DNA from: Ahrensia sp. | GTDB lineage: Bacteria; Pseudomonadota; Alphaproteobacteria; Rhizobiales; Rhizobiaceae | Direction: 5' to 3' | Length of the DNA: 64,000 bases | Assembly (NCBI GenBank): GCA_002706335.1 | Contig: PAKZ01000032.1 | Coordinates: forward strand, 97,466-161,465 | Part shown: positions 18,403 through 28,641 of the stretch, one piece after another | Position numbering within the stretch: position 1 is the first letter of the stretch | Layout of the letters: each line of letters starts with the position of its first letter | Translations under genes and position numbers: made by a program | The notes under the pieces: generated by a model | The model's database searches: none | Told to the model about the DNA's origin: nothing | The model's input: the letters and a program-made list of their open reading frames with translations, nothing else

Positions 18403-19899
18403 TCAGCGGGACACGAGATCGCCGAGAAGACGAAGGCCCGCTTCGATCCGGGTTTCGCCGATGGCGGTGAAGCCGAGCCGGAAGAAACGGCGGCCTGTCT
18501 CGGGATCGGCAAAGAAGATATCGCCAGGTTCGATGAGCACGCCTTTCTCCCGCGCGGCGCGCGCCAGGCAACCGCTGTCGAAATCCGGTGGCCCCTCTAT
18601 CCAGAAGCTCTTCGCGCCTGCGTCCCTGCGCCAGCGGAAGCCCGGCAGCACCTCCGGCAGGAGGCCGGAGATCAGGTCGGCACGCCGACGCAGGATAGCG
18701 CCCGTCTTCTTCAGGTGCAGCCGATAGTGACCGAGCGCGATGAAGGTCGCCAGAATGCGCTGATTGTTGGTCGGCGGATGGCGCAGCATGATACGTCGGA
18801 GGACGCGCAATTCGGCAATGACCGAGCGCGGCGCGACGATGTAGCCGATGCGCAAACCCGGCGCGAGCGCCTTGGAAAAACTGCCGACATAGATCACCCG
18901 ACCATTTTCATCGAGGCTCTTGAGGCAGGGCAATTCCGCCTCGCCCTCCAGAAGCAAATCGGCCTCGTAATCGTCCTCGACGAGAATGACGTCGTCGCGC
19001 TCCGCCAGTTCCAGCAGTTCCCTGCGGCGCTGCAACGGCATGACCGCCGTTGTCGGACATTGATGGCCGATCGTTAGCAGCGCAATTTCGCATTCCGACA
19101 ATTCGGCGTCCGGCACGACGCCTCGATGGTCGACGGCGAGCATGCGGAGATTCGACGTCGCCATGCCCGCCATGTTGCGGATGTCCGTATAGCCCGGATC
19201 CTCAACCCCGACGACAGTCTTTGACCCAACGAAGAGCTGGACCAGCATCGAAAGCGCATGTTGGGAGCCGATGGTGACGATGATCTCGTCTGGCTCGGCG
19301 AATATTCCGCGCTTTGGGAGCACTTGCTGCCGGAGCTGCTCGACGAGATCTGGATCATCATCGTCGACGCGATCGCCGGCCCAGCCATATATCTCCTTGA
19401 CGCTGGATGTCGCCCGCATCGCCTCACGCCAGTTGTTGGTCGGAAAAATCGCCGGATCGAACTGCCCGAACAGGAACGGATAGGGGTAATCGAGCCAGTT
19501 GCGCGGCTTGTCGATCTGCCGCAAATCCGAGGGCCTGATGGCGAAGCGGCCTGCCCACTTGCCGTCACCGGCATCCTGACGATCCGGACCGACCGCGATA
19601 CGCGATGTAGACGCCGCAACGAAGATCCCGCTGCGTTCGCGCGAAGCGAGGAAGCCTTCATCGATCAGCAATTGATAGGCCGCGGTTACAGTGTTGCGGG
19701 CGACGCCCAGCAGGACCGCAAGCCGCCTGCTGGAAGGGAGGCGGGTTCCGTTCGTCAGCACTCCTTGCTCTATCGCGCAGACGATGGTTCGCCGGATCTG
19801 GATATTCAGGCCCTGCCCGTCGCGATCCAGATCGGCAAACAGCCGCTTCCAAACGATGTCTGGATAGAGTTTCTGCGCGGAAGCCGGTTGAAAATTCAT
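18403..19899 (-). CDS. MocR/GabR-type transcriptional regulator (GntR HTH fused to aminotransferase-like domain)
   Basis: N-terminal GntR wHTH (RLPSSRRLAVLLGVARNTVTAAYQLLIDEGFL) plus a fold-type-I domain with SFSKALAPGLRIGY. ATG at 19897-19899. Confidence 0.85.
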   Translation of the reverse strand: MNFQPASAQKLYPDIVWKRLFADLDRDGQGLNIQIRRTIVCAIEQGVLTNGTRLPSSRRLAVLLGVARNTVTAAYQLLIDEGFLASRERSGIFVAASTSRIAVGPDRQDAGDGKWAGRFAIRPSDLRQIDKPRNWLDYPYPFLFGQFDPAIFPTNNWREAMRATSSVKEIYGWAGDRVDDDDPDLVEQLRQQVLPKRGIFAEPDEIIVTIGSQHALSMLVQLFVGSKTVVGVEDPGYTDIRNMAGMATSNLRMLAVDHRGVVPDAELSECEIALLTIGHQCPTTAVMPLQRRRELLELAERDDVILVEDDYEADLLLEGEAELPCLKSLDENGRVIYVGSFSKALAPGLRIGYIVAPRSVIAELRVLRRIMLRHPPTNNQRILATFIALGHYRLHLKKTGAILRRRADLISGLLPEVLPGFRWRRDAGAKSFWIEGPPDFDSGCLARAAREKGVLIEPGDIFFADPETGRRFFRLGFTAIGETRIEAGLRLLGDLVSR

Positions 19900-20115
19900 G
19901 CGTCTAGCGAAGCAAGAAATGCGCCAACCGTCCTGCCGGAAAGGAATCGGCCCAATGTTCCGAGAAATACATCGGAATACAGCAGTCCGTGAGATACTCG
20001 GCTGAACATAAGTAACGGATTTGTCAGCGAGTAACCTTAAAAATGGGCAACTGGCCAATCTTTGGTCAACACTTCCCTCCCCGGACCGGCGAAATCCGGG
20101 CACAACGCTGCTCGG

Positions 20116-20820
20116 TCAGGCGGGAGGCAGGCAGACGCCCTCATAGCCACGCCCCATCGTTGTTCCCATTCTCGAAGGCCGCTCTGGCGGGCGGCAGGCG
20201 ACGACAGTGAGACCGCCGGGATTGGACGGCAAGGACGACAAGCGCGCGTCTCCCGGATCAAAATGCGCAACCTCGCCGGGCTGTAGAATTTCGCTCTGCG
20301 CGCAAGGCGCCGGATTGACCTCGCCGGGCAGACAAAGGCCGACGACAATCGGTTCGTCGCAGATATTCTCGATGTCACGAGGCTGGACCTGCCCGGTCAT
20401 GCCGCGCGTGCAGTGATTGATGTCCGCACGCAGAGAAGGGCGTTGATAGCTGCCCGTTGCCAGGAATAGAACAGGCGGCAGCGCGATCGCGACGACAGCT
20501 CCGCTCACCAGGCTCGCCCAAAGCGGCACCCCGAGCCTGCCGCCGGGGCGATGGCTGGTGGCGTAGACAAGGAGCGCCACCAAAGCGCCGATGAACACCT
20601 GATCGAAACTGACAAAGGGCAATTCGGGCGTCCCCGGCACCGACCGCCACGCCTGCGCCGATAGCGCAAGCGCCCAAGGAATGACAAAGGCAGCCACTAT
20701 TCCGATCAGAGCCAATTTCCAGAAAGACAAGCGCGATCTTCCGGCGCGGACGCGCCATACATTCACGAACAGGACTGTCATTATGCCGCTGAACGTGGCG
20801 CCGGGAAGAAATTCAGGCAT
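20116..20820 (-). CDS. Hypothetical membrane protein with Cys-containing C-terminal domain
   Basis: 234 aa with about 4 N-terminal TM helices, then a 110-aa domain with 6 Cys. I recognise no family motif. Confidence 0.5.
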   Translation of the reverse strand: MPEFLPGATFSGIMTVLFVNVWRVRAGRSRLSFWKLALIGIVAAFVIPWALALSAQAWRSVPGTPELPFVSFDQVFIGALVALLVYATSHRPGGRLGVPLWASLVSGAVVAIALPPVLFLATGSYQRPSLRADINHCTRGMTGQVQPRDIENICDEPIVVGLCLPGEVNPAPCAQSEILQPGEVAHFDPGDARLSSLPSNPGGLTVVACRPPERPSRMGTTMGRGYEGVCLPPA

Positions 20821-21038
20821 CGGGACTCTGTCGATTACAGATAGGCAACGCTATGCGCCCGCCACGGCCTTGTCCATATTTGCGGGTGCCAGCGGGGCCG
20901 GCGACGCCGCGAGATCTCGGTCGAAATACGGACCGGATTGCCTTTCGCCAACGGGGCCCATAGCTTCCGATCTCTGCGTTGCGCCCGGCACGTCTTTCAT
21001 CCGTCTTGTCCTTTAGAACCCGAAGCAGCACCGGTCTC

Positions 21039-21668
21039 ATGAACGAACTGACGAAGGAAAGAAAACGCTTCGCCTACAAACCCGCCCTTCTGGTTGGGCG
21101 TCAATTCGTGGAGTTGGGCGATACCCAATTCATTTGCGCCGACAGCGAAGGCACGGAGAAATGGCGCCTCGCAACGGCGGATATCGACCGGCTGGCCTTT
21201 ATCGAAAACCGCATTCGCGGTGTACAGATGAGCAGGCTCGACCTCCTAACGAAAGACCGCGCAGCGAGACGCTCGCTCATTTGCAACTCGACGGCGACGG
21301 ATCCGGAATCTGACCTGGACTATCTCGCTTTCCGCGACGCAGTTGCGGCCGTTCTGGACAGGCTCGCGGCAACAAGGCCGGACATCCCGGTCACGATCGG
21401 GGAATATGGACGTGCGCGGTTATCGATGTTCCTGGTCGGCGCGGTGGCGGCGCTCTTCGCGCTCGGCATGGCGATCGCCGCGGTCGCCAGCGGTCGGGGC
21501 GATAGGCTTGCGGGAGAGGGCCTGGTCCCGGTCGCGGCTCTCTTGCTCTTCGGCCTCTATTTCGCTTGGGCGTACGCGCCATGGCGGCGCGGGCTGCGCG
21601 TTCCAGTGAAACTGTTCGCGAAGATATTTTCGGTACTCAACGGAGACAAGGCGCCGGATAATTCCTGA
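21039..21668 (+). CDS. Hypothetical protein with two C-terminal TM helices
   Basis: ATG at 21039 (MNELTKERKRF...). Coding-like codon usage. No recognisable motifs. Confidence 0.5.
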   Translation: MNELTKERKRFAYKPALLVGRQFVELGDTQFICADSEGTEKWRLATADIDRLAFIENRIRGVQMSRLDLLTKDRAARRSLICNSTATDPESDLDYLAFRDAVAAVLDRLAATRPDIPVTIGEYGRARLSMFLVGAVAALFALGMAIAAVASGRGDRLAGEGLVPVAALLLFGLYFAWAYAPWRRGLRVPVKLFAKIFSVLNGDKAPDNS

Positions 21669-21688
21669 TCCGGCAAGGACAAATGGCA

Positions 21689-22123
21689 TCAGCCGATCAG
21701 CTGTCCCGTTTTCACACTGCGCAGTTCGGGGAAAACCTGGATCAGTGCAGGCGGGCTCCACGGCGTAAAACGAATGCGGTCGCCACTAATCTTCACAGTA
21801 TAGCACGCCCCGCCATCGGCCTCCTCGCGAGGGTTGCCCGAAGTGCAGTACCGCCGATCCTCAATCCACCAATAGCCAGAGCCTTTGGACAAGCTTTCGG
21901 GGAAAAGCCACGGGCGAAACATGCGAGTGATCGTGCCGTCCGCGTTATAGGTCTCGCGTTCTGCCGGCAGCCCCTCCGGCGGGGCGAACACGACGGTATG
22001 GCCAGTAAGCCTCTCTTCCAGGCTCTGGCCGGACAAGTCGAGACCGTTCACGCAGCCGGAGAGAGCAAGACAAGCGAATAGCATCACGCCGGCGACGCGC
22101 ACTGTTTGGGCCAGACTTTTCAA
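21689..22123 (-). CDS. Hypothetical lipoprotein
   Basis: Lipobox LALSGC after a hydrophobic leader. TTG start with a GGAGGAGA ribosome-binding site 5 nt upstream. Confidence 0.55.
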   Translation of the reverse strand: MKSLAQTVRVAGVMLFACLALSGCVNGLDLSGQSLEERLTGHTVVFAPPEGLPAERETYNADGTITRMFRPWLFPESLSKGSGYWWIEDRRYCTSGNPREEADGGACYTVKISGDRIRFTPWSPPALIQVFPELRSVKTGQLIG

Positions 22124-22228
22124 ACGGCTCTCCTCCGAAGAACATCCACTTTCAAGCAGACAGCATGGTTGCTCCGCGAGGCAATATTGACAGGATTCCC
22201 CGCTTCTGCCGCATAAAAATCGGGACTG

Positions 22229-23179
22229 CTACTCCGTCAGCACGACCGTACCGTCTGCAGCCTGCCAGGAAATGGTGATCCGGTCTTGGCCGGCTTCGCG
22301 CATTTCGCCGCGAATTCGGCCCGCCAACGCCGCCGCCTGCTCGAAATGTGCGGCCTTCTGCTCCTCGGTCCAGACCGGCGCCATCTCAAATTCATTGTGC
22401 TCGCAAATCGCATCATACGCGCTCTGCCATGCGTCGAGTTCCCGCCCAAGCGCGTCCGAAAGTCCGATCTGCCGGTGCGTCAGAAAACCTGGTTCGCCAT
22501 CGGCAAAAAACGCCATCACCGGAAGCTCGTACCACTCCGCGCAGAGCCGGAGGGCGTCGACTTTCGCCAGATCGACCGGTTCCTCGTCGGCATCATCGAT
22601 GTCGGGCAGACCATGCACACCGGGTCTGTTCGGCATACGCAACCGAAGGAGCATCCAGACCGCGAAAGCCAATGTGAGCGCCACCGACAGGAAAAGAGGC
22701 GGCAAGCCCGCGCCGGACAGGGGCAGCAGGTTTCCATTAGTCGCCGCAGCGACAACCGCAAGCGTCATCGCACCGAAGAGGATCGTCGCATTCGTCGATT
22801 GGCGCCGACCGGCATGATCAGGCTCGTTCTCCGCATCGAAGTACCGCGGTGCCACCCATGTCAGATAAAGCACCTGCTGCAGCAGGGCGGCGACGAACAA
22901 CCAGACCGCCAGCCGGGAAAGGCAAAACAACGTCGCGCCGGCGGCGAAGATGAGGATTGCGCTGACAGTCATCCAAACCCGTTGAAGCGTCTCGACGCGG
23001 CTTTGCTTCTCAAGGGAGATCATTTCGATGGCGCGCGACAGCATCCGATCGATCAACATCTGGCGCGCCAACACCAGGCCGGCAAAGACGTAGAAAGCTC
23101 CAATCGTGGCAAGGATGATGCCTGGAAAGCCTAACAAGCCGGAAATATAAGTGTCGAACATGGCGGTGAGACTTGCCAT
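22229..23179 (-). CDS. Hypothetical polytopic membrane protein with soluble C-terminal domain
   Basis: 316 aa, about 6 TM helices, then a 130-aa acidic domain. No recognisable motifs. Confidence 0.5.
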   Translation of the reverse strand: MASLTAMFDTYISGLLGFPGIILATIGAFYVFAGLVLARQMLIDRMLSRAIEMISLEKQSRVETLQRVWMTVSAILIFAAGATLFCLSRLAVWLFVAALLQQVLYLTWVAPRYFDAENEPDHAGRRQSTNATILFGAMTLAVVAAATNGNLLPLSGAGLPPLFLSVALTLAFAVWMLLRLRMPNRPGVHGLPDIDDADEEPVDLAKVDALRLCAEWYELPVMAFFADGEPGFLTHRQIGLSDALGRELDAWQSAYDAICEHNEFEMAPVWTEEQKAAHFEQAAALAGRIRGEMREAGQDRITISWQAADGTVVLTE

Positions 23180-23618
23180 CGAGATTTAGTCCTTAGCCCC
23201 GATTTATCGCCATCCGATCGCTATTTGCGCAAGCGATTTAACGTTGGAACACCTCCGAATCCTCCGGGCCGGCCGCCCGTTTTCTGCCACAAACGCGAAT
23301 TCCCGCGGGTCTGAAATTAGCCCGCACCGGGCTGTACGGGAAAAATATTACAGCGAAATTTTCCTCTTTCGAGGTTGCATGACGCGGCGTCGCCGCTAAC
23401 GTGCAAATGCCAAGATTTCAGGGGGTTGGGAGGCTGGAATTGAACCATCGCGTTTGCCGCGGACCGACGGGAATCCATTCGCCCGACACTCACTGTACGT
23501 TACTCCCTGAAAGAATTTGCGAGCGTCGCCCAATTTTTTCCACGCTTGCAGCGATGCTTTCTGCCATGTCCGTGTGGTTCGCTATGACCGGAACGCCGGC
23601 CAAAACTGAGGGTGTGGG

Positions 23619-25736
23619 ATGAAAAACAATTTTCTTCGCAAGCGCGGCGTCGTACTTGCCGCGAACATGGCGTTCGGCGCGTTGCTGGCGTTTCCAGCGC
23701 TCGCGCAAAACAATTATGCGCTCGTGGTCGCCGTATCGAAATACGACAACCTTGACGAAACCCTGTGGCTCGCCGGTCCGGTGAACGACGCGAAGCTGGT
23801 GCATGAATATTTGCTCGACGGCGCTCCGATAGACTTCACCGAAGACAGGATCACCCTGCTCGCCGACGGTATTGACGGCGCTACCGCCCCTACCAACGCC
23901 CACATCCACGAAGCGTTTGCCGCGCTCGCGGAAAAGGCGGAACCCGGCGATTTCGTCTTCCTGCATTTTTCCGGCCATGGCTCGCAGTCGCCGGCCCGCG
24001 TCGAAGGGCAGGAACAGGACGGACTAGACGAACTCTTCCTGCCGTCGGACATTTCCAATTGGGACATGAGTACCGGCACGATACCGAATGCTCTTGTCGA
24101 TGATGATCTGGGCCAGATGATCAACCGGATAATCGACAAGGGTGCCAATGTCTGGGCCGTGTTCGACAGTTGCCACTCCGGCACCGTCACTCGCGCCGGC
24201 CCATCCGGCGATCCTTTGGACATCGAAAAATCGCGCAAGCTCGGCCCCGCCACACTCGGCATCCCCGAAGACGTGATGGACGCGGTTGAGCCGGTCCGCA
24301 CCCGCTCTGGGTCGCCTGCGCCGGAAGCGGCGACGATAGAAACGTCCGGAAAGGGCGAAGGCCAGTTCGTCTATTTCTACGCGGCGCAGACCAATCAGAC
24401 GACGCCGGAGATGCGCCTGCCCCAAGGCGATCCTGACCGTGTCTCACACGGCCTGTTCACCTTCACCCTGTTCGAGGCGCTGAGCCAGAACCCGGCTCTG
24501 ACCTACCGACAGCTCGGCGAAGAAATCCTGCGCCGTTACACCGCAGGCTACCGTGTCCAGCCGACGCCGCTCTTCGAGGGCGCGCTCGACAACCCGGTCT
24601 TTGGAGCCGACATCGGCCATGGCGGCCGGGTCCAGCAGTGGCCGGTCAAGCAGGAAAGCGGCAAGCGCGTCTTCTCCGGCGGCAGACTTCACGGACTATC
24701 GGTCGGAGACGAACTGTCCCTCCTGCCCGGCCCCGCGGCAAGCGATGACGAAAAGATGGCGACGATCCGCGTGACCAGCACCGACGATTTCCAGTCGGAA
24801 TTCGAAATAGTCGACGGCGGCTTCGTGATGATAGAGCCGGGCTTCTATGCCCGCAAAGCCGCCGACGAGATGAGTTTCGGCGTGACCGTCGCCATGCCGG
24901 ACCCGAAAACAATTAGCGATGACCAGCGCGAAGCCGTCCAGTCGGTTATGGAAGGCCTTCAGGCCGCCGACCGCGAAGGCCTGAGGCTCGAACTGGTTCC
25001 GGCCGAGGACCGCGCCGACATCTATCTCCAGGTGGCCAACGGATCGCTTTGGCTGGTGCCGGCCGGAGCAGAGCGCATCGAGGAAGGCACCGACAAGACG
25101 ATCTCGATTTCCTATACGACCCGCGACAGCAGCGAGACCGTGAACATCCTTGCCGAGAGCCTTGCACGCATCGCCCGCGTCGCCAATCTGCTCAAGCTCG
25201 GGGATTCCTTTTCGAGCAGCGACGGCGGGCTGAACGTAACCTATTACATACAGTCTGCCGCAACCGGAGAGCGCACACCGGTGGCTCCGCCTGCTATCCC
25301 GCGGCTGGAACCGGGCGACGAGATGTATCTGGAAGCGAAGAACACATCCAACCGCCCGCTTGATCTCAACATCCTCTATGTCGGCGTCAGCTATTCGATC
25401 GACTTCATGTATAACGGGCGCATCAATCCCGGCGAGACGCTTCGGGACGGCCTGCTCGAAATCATCGAGGGTGAGTACGGACGCGAGAGGCTGATCAGCA
25501 TAGTCACGCCTGCCGAGCCGCAGACGGCGCTCGCCGATTTCTCATGGCTGGCCCCGCCGGCAATCGGGCGGACTCGTGCCGCCGGCGCCTCTCGCGGTGG
25601 ATTCCAGGATATGCTGGCCGAGGCGGGCTTCGGCGAGAAGACACGCGCGGCCCGGCGCAAGACAAAGGATGACGACGGCTCCGGCATCGCGCAGGTAGCC
25701 CTCGACATCCTGCCGCCAGGCTCGACCGCCGAGTAA
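23619..25736 (+). CDS. Exported caspase-like cysteine protease (peptidase C14 domain) with large C-terminal beta-rich region
   Basis: Signal peptide ...LLAFPALA/QN. Caspase-fold dyad FLHFSGHG (His120, 23976-23978) and VFDSCHSG (Cys185, 24171-24173). The C-terminal 400 aa is uncharacterised and resembles the accessory domains often appended to bacterial caspases. Confidence 0.85.
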   Translation: MKNNFLRKRGVVLAANMAFGALLAFPALAQNNYALVVAVSKYDNLDETLWLAGPVNDAKLVHEYLLDGAPIDFTEDRITLLADGIDGATAPTNAHIHEAFAALAEKAEPGDFVFLHFSGHGSQSPARVEGQEQDGLDELFLPSDISNWDMSTGTIPNALVDDDLGQMINRIIDKGANVWAVFDSCHSGTVTRAGPSGDPLDIEKSRKLGPATLGIPEDVMDAVEPVRTRSGSPAPEAATIETSGKGEGQFVYFYAAQTNQTTPEMRLPQGDPDRVSHGLFTFTLFEALSQNPALTYRQLGEEILRRYTAGYRVQPTPLFEGALDNPVFGADIGHGGRVQQWPVKQESGKRVFSGGRLHGLSVGDELSLLPGPAASDDEKMATIRVTSTDDFQSEFEIVDGGFVMIEPGFYARKAADEMSFGVTVAMPDPKTISDDQREAVQSVMEGLQAADREGLRLELVPAEDRADIYLQVANGSLWLVPAGAERIEEGTDKTISISYTTRDSSETVNILAESLARIARVANLLKLGDSFSSSDGGLNVTYYIQSAATGERTPVAPPAIPRLEPGDEMYLEAKNTSNRPLDLNILYVGVSYSIDFMYNGRINPGETLRDGLLEIIEGEYGRERLISIVTPAEPQTALADFSWLAPPAIGRTRAAGASRGGFQDMLAEAGFGEKTRAARRKTKDDDGSGIAQVALDILPPGSTAE

Positions 25737-25757
25737 GGCGTCCCGGAGGTTGATCTG

Positions 25758-28586
25758 ATGAAGACGACACTCGCATCAGCAATTGCGCTATTGGCCATCG
25801 CCCTGGCTGACCCTGCCCCGGCGCAGGAGACGGAGGGCAAAGCGCCGATAGACCAGACGCTCCTCAAATCCGCCGAGAGCGGCGATCCAAGCGCGCTTTA
25901 CGATCTCGGCTGGGCCTATCTAGAGCGCAAGGAAGTGGAGGCCGCATCGACCACGTTCCTCAAGGCAGCTGATGCATTCGAAGTCTCTACTGGAGAAGAC
26001 AGTCTCAAGTGGAAAGCCGAGAGTTTTTCCGCCCTCGGCTACGCTCATATGCAGCAAGGCGCCGACGGCTACGACCAGGCGGCCGACTATTACCGCCGCG
26101 CGGTCGAGACCTACGGTCTGACGGACGGCGAGGATATGGGCGGCCTGAAGCCAGCACTCTACAATCTCGGCTGGATATATAGGGCCAAGGGCGGCGCGGA
26201 GAATCTGGAATCAGCGCGCAAATATCTGCGCATGGCACTGGACCTTTACGCGAATGCAGAAGGTGACAATCTTAAATGGAAGGGTGCCGTATTCAGCATG
26301 CTGGGCGACGCACATCTTGACTCGGCCCACTTCACCGACGCGATGACGTCCTACGATTCCGCCATGTCTATCTATGCGCAGATTGGCAACATGCCCGCTC
26401 TTGCTGCCAGCCTGGAGAGCAAGGGCATGGCACTCCAGGGCCTGTCGAAGTACGAAGCGGCAATCGCGCTTTTCGGGCAGGCCCGCCAGATCCGTATCCG
26501 CGAATTTGGCGACACGAGCCGCGAGGTTGCCGACACCTGGCTCGACGAGGGCATCAGTCTTGAAGGGCTGCATCGCTACGATGAGGCGCTCGACGCTTAC
26601 ACCGAGGCGCTCCTGCGCTACACGAAGGCTCTCGGCCCCGACGCCGCCGAAATAGGATGGGCAACCAACAATATCGGTTGGGTGCATCGCCGCCTCGAAA
26701 ATTACGAAGTCTCGAAACGCTGGTTCCTGAAAGCGGAACCGATCATTGTCCGCCATGAGGGGCGCTATTCGCGCAACGCCGGCAAGGTCGCGATCAATAT
26801 CGGCATCATCGAGCACTATCTCGGCAACCAGGATTCGGCGATCCGCTGGACCATGAAGTCGATGCCTTACATCAAGGCCAACCACGAGATCACGCTGGAG
26901 GAACAACGCTGGGCCTTCGATACATTTGCCCGCGCCTTCCGCGCGAAGGGGGATCCGAAGCGCGCGATCGCCTTCGCCAAACTCGCGGTCAATGCGCAAC
27001 AATCCATTCGCTCGGCGAACAAGTCGCTGTCGGAAGGTGAAAGCAAGGAACTGAAGGACGAATGGCGGTGGCTCTACCAGCATCTCGCCGACATGCTGAT
27101 CGAGCAAGGCCGTTTCACCGAAGCGCAAGCCGTGCTCAATATGGAAAAAGAGCAGGAAGTGTTCGAATTCCTGCGCCGCGACGCCTCGGCCGACCTTCGC
27201 GACACACGCGCCCTGCTCAATGACGCAGAACAGGACGAGGAGGTCAAGATCGCCGCCCTTTCGGAATTTCCGCTCGCCGCGGCGCGCGAGCTCGATCAAC
27301 TCATCGGAAAGATCGAGCGCGACGAGGCGACCGATGAGGATATCGAGAAGATCGATGTCCTGCAGGCGAGCATTGACCGGGCGGCTGAGAATTTCGACCA
27401 GCAGGTCGACGCCTTCCTCGCCGATGTCGAGGAGGACCGCAAACAATCTTTCGAGAGCCAGTTCGATGCCGTTGGAAGCCAGCAGGCGATCCTCGAGGAA
27501 TTCGAGCAGAAGACGGCGATCCTGCAGGTCGCAGCGATCGACAAGGCGACGCATATCTTCGTCACGATGCCCAGTGTCACGCTGCACAAACAGTCCGACG
27601 TCTCGAAGGTCGAACTGTCGCGCATGACCTTCGATGCACTGGTCGCCATCGAGGCGCGCAGCGCCGACACGACCGAGAAGCTGAAGGCGCTTTATGACGT
27701 GGTTGTCAGACCCGTTTCACAAGACCTGAAGGAGGCGGGCGTAGAGGTTGTCATGCTCAATCTCGACGGCTTCCTCCGATATCTCCCCTTCGCGGCGCTT
27801 TATGACGGCGAGCATTACTTCGTCGAGGATTACGCGGTGGCGCTCTACACGCCCTCCGTGCCGACGCAGTTTCGCCGCGGCGACCGGCTTGCCGCAAAAA
27901 GCGCCGGCTTCGGCGTTACCGCCGCGCATCCCGGCTTCTCTCCGCTGCCCGGCGTGAAGCGCGAGATCGAGCAAATCTTCGCTGGCGAGGACAACAATGG
28001 CATACTTGAGGGCCCGGCCGAATTCGATGATGCTTTTTCGGAAAAGAGCCTGCGCCTGACCCTTCTGAAAAAGCCGGAAATCCTGCATATCGCCAGCCAT
28101 TTCAACCTGATGCCGGGCCAGATCGACAACTCGTTCCTTCTCCTCGGCGATGGCGCGCATCTTCCGCTTTCGGATATCCGCAACAAGCGGGCGCTCTCTT
28201 TCAAGGGCATCGACCTCGTGACCCTCTCTGCCTGCCAGACCGCCATGGGCGGCGGTGGCGACGGGTCAGAGATCGAAGGGTTCGGAACGACGGCGCAGAT
28301 GAGCGGGGCCTCCGCAGTCATGGCGTCGCTGTGGCCTGTCGCCGATGAAGCGACAGCGAAGCTGATGGAGGATTTCTACGACAACATGATGCGCGGCGGC
28401 ATGTCGAAAGCTGACGCGCTGCGCGCCGCCCAAATAACCATGATGCGCGGCAGCGAAACACTCGCAGCCTCCGAAGGGGGCGAACGCGCCGCAATGTCGA
28501 AACAAAAACGCAAGGCCGACGCGTCAACGGGATTTTCCCATCCCTATTTCTGGTCGTCTTTCATACTGATCGGAAACTGGCTGTGA
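25758..28586 (+). CDS. Exported TPR-repeat CHAT-domain protease
   Basis: Signal peptide MKTTLASAIALLAIALADPAPA/Q. Multiple TPR-like repeats (YDLGWAYL, YNLGWIY, ALSFSMLGDA...). C-terminal CHAT motifs ILHIASHF and LVTLSACQTA, then SLWPVADEAT and HPYFWSSFILIGNW. GGAGG ribosome-binding site. 21 nt after the caspase gene. Confidence 0.85.
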   Translation: MKTTLASAIALLAIALADPAPAQETEGKAPIDQTLLKSAESGDPSALYDLGWAYLERKEVEAASTTFLKAADAFEVSTGEDSLKWKAESFSALGYAHMQQGADGYDQAADYYRRAVETYGLTDGEDMGGLKPALYNLGWIYRAKGGAENLESARKYLRMALDLYANAEGDNLKWKGAVFSMLGDAHLDSAHFTDAMTSYDSAMSIYAQIGNMPALAASLESKGMALQGLSKYEAAIALFGQARQIRIREFGDTSREVADTWLDEGISLEGLHRYDEALDAYTEALLRYTKALGPDAAEIGWATNNIGWVHRRLENYEVSKRWFLKAEPIIVRHEGRYSRNAGKVAINIGIIEHYLGNQDSAIRWTMKSMPYIKANHEITLEEQRWAFDTFARAFRAKGDPKRAIAFAKLAVNAQQSIRSANKSLSEGESKELKDEWRWLYQHLADMLIEQGRFTEAQAVLNMEKEQEVFEFLRRDASADLRDTRALLNDAEQDEEVKIAALSEFPLAAARELDQLIGKIERDEATDEDIEKIDVLQASIDRAAENFDQQVDAFLADVEEDRKQSFESQFDAVGSQQAILEEFEQKTAILQVAAIDKATHIFVTMPSVTLHKQSDVSKVELSRMTFDALVAIEARSADTTEKLKALYDVVVRPVSQDLKEAGVEVVMLNLDGFLRYLPFAALYDGEHYFVEDYAVALYTPSVPTQFRRGDRLAAKSAGFGVTAAHPGFSPLPGVKREIEQIFAGEDNNGILEGPAEFDDAFSEKSLRLTLLKKPEILHIASHFNLMPGQIDNSFLLLGDGAHLPLSDIRNKRALSFKGIDLVTLSACQTAMGGGGDGSEIEGFGTTAQMSGASAVMASLWPVADEATAKLMEDFYDNMMRGGMSKADALRAAQITMMRGSETLAASEGGERAAMSKQKRKADASTGFSHPYFWSSFILIGNWL

Positions 28587-28641
28587 CAGTTTCCGGATAC
28601 CCGCTAGAGGCAACACAATCGCAACACTGAAAGGACTGATT

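Noticed and set aside
23498-23503. Possible shared CGTTAC/GTAACG motif upstream of the three protease modules (also at 35689-35694 and 49552-49557)
   Set aside because: It is only a 6-mer. Its orientation relative to the genes is inconsistent for module C, and its distances from the starts differ. The chance expectation is too high to call it a regulatory site.
26211-27587. 458-aa minus-strand ORF inside TPR-CHAT 1
   Set aside because: It is the antisense shadow of a gene with clear TPR and CHAT motifs. It has no start context or motifs of its own.
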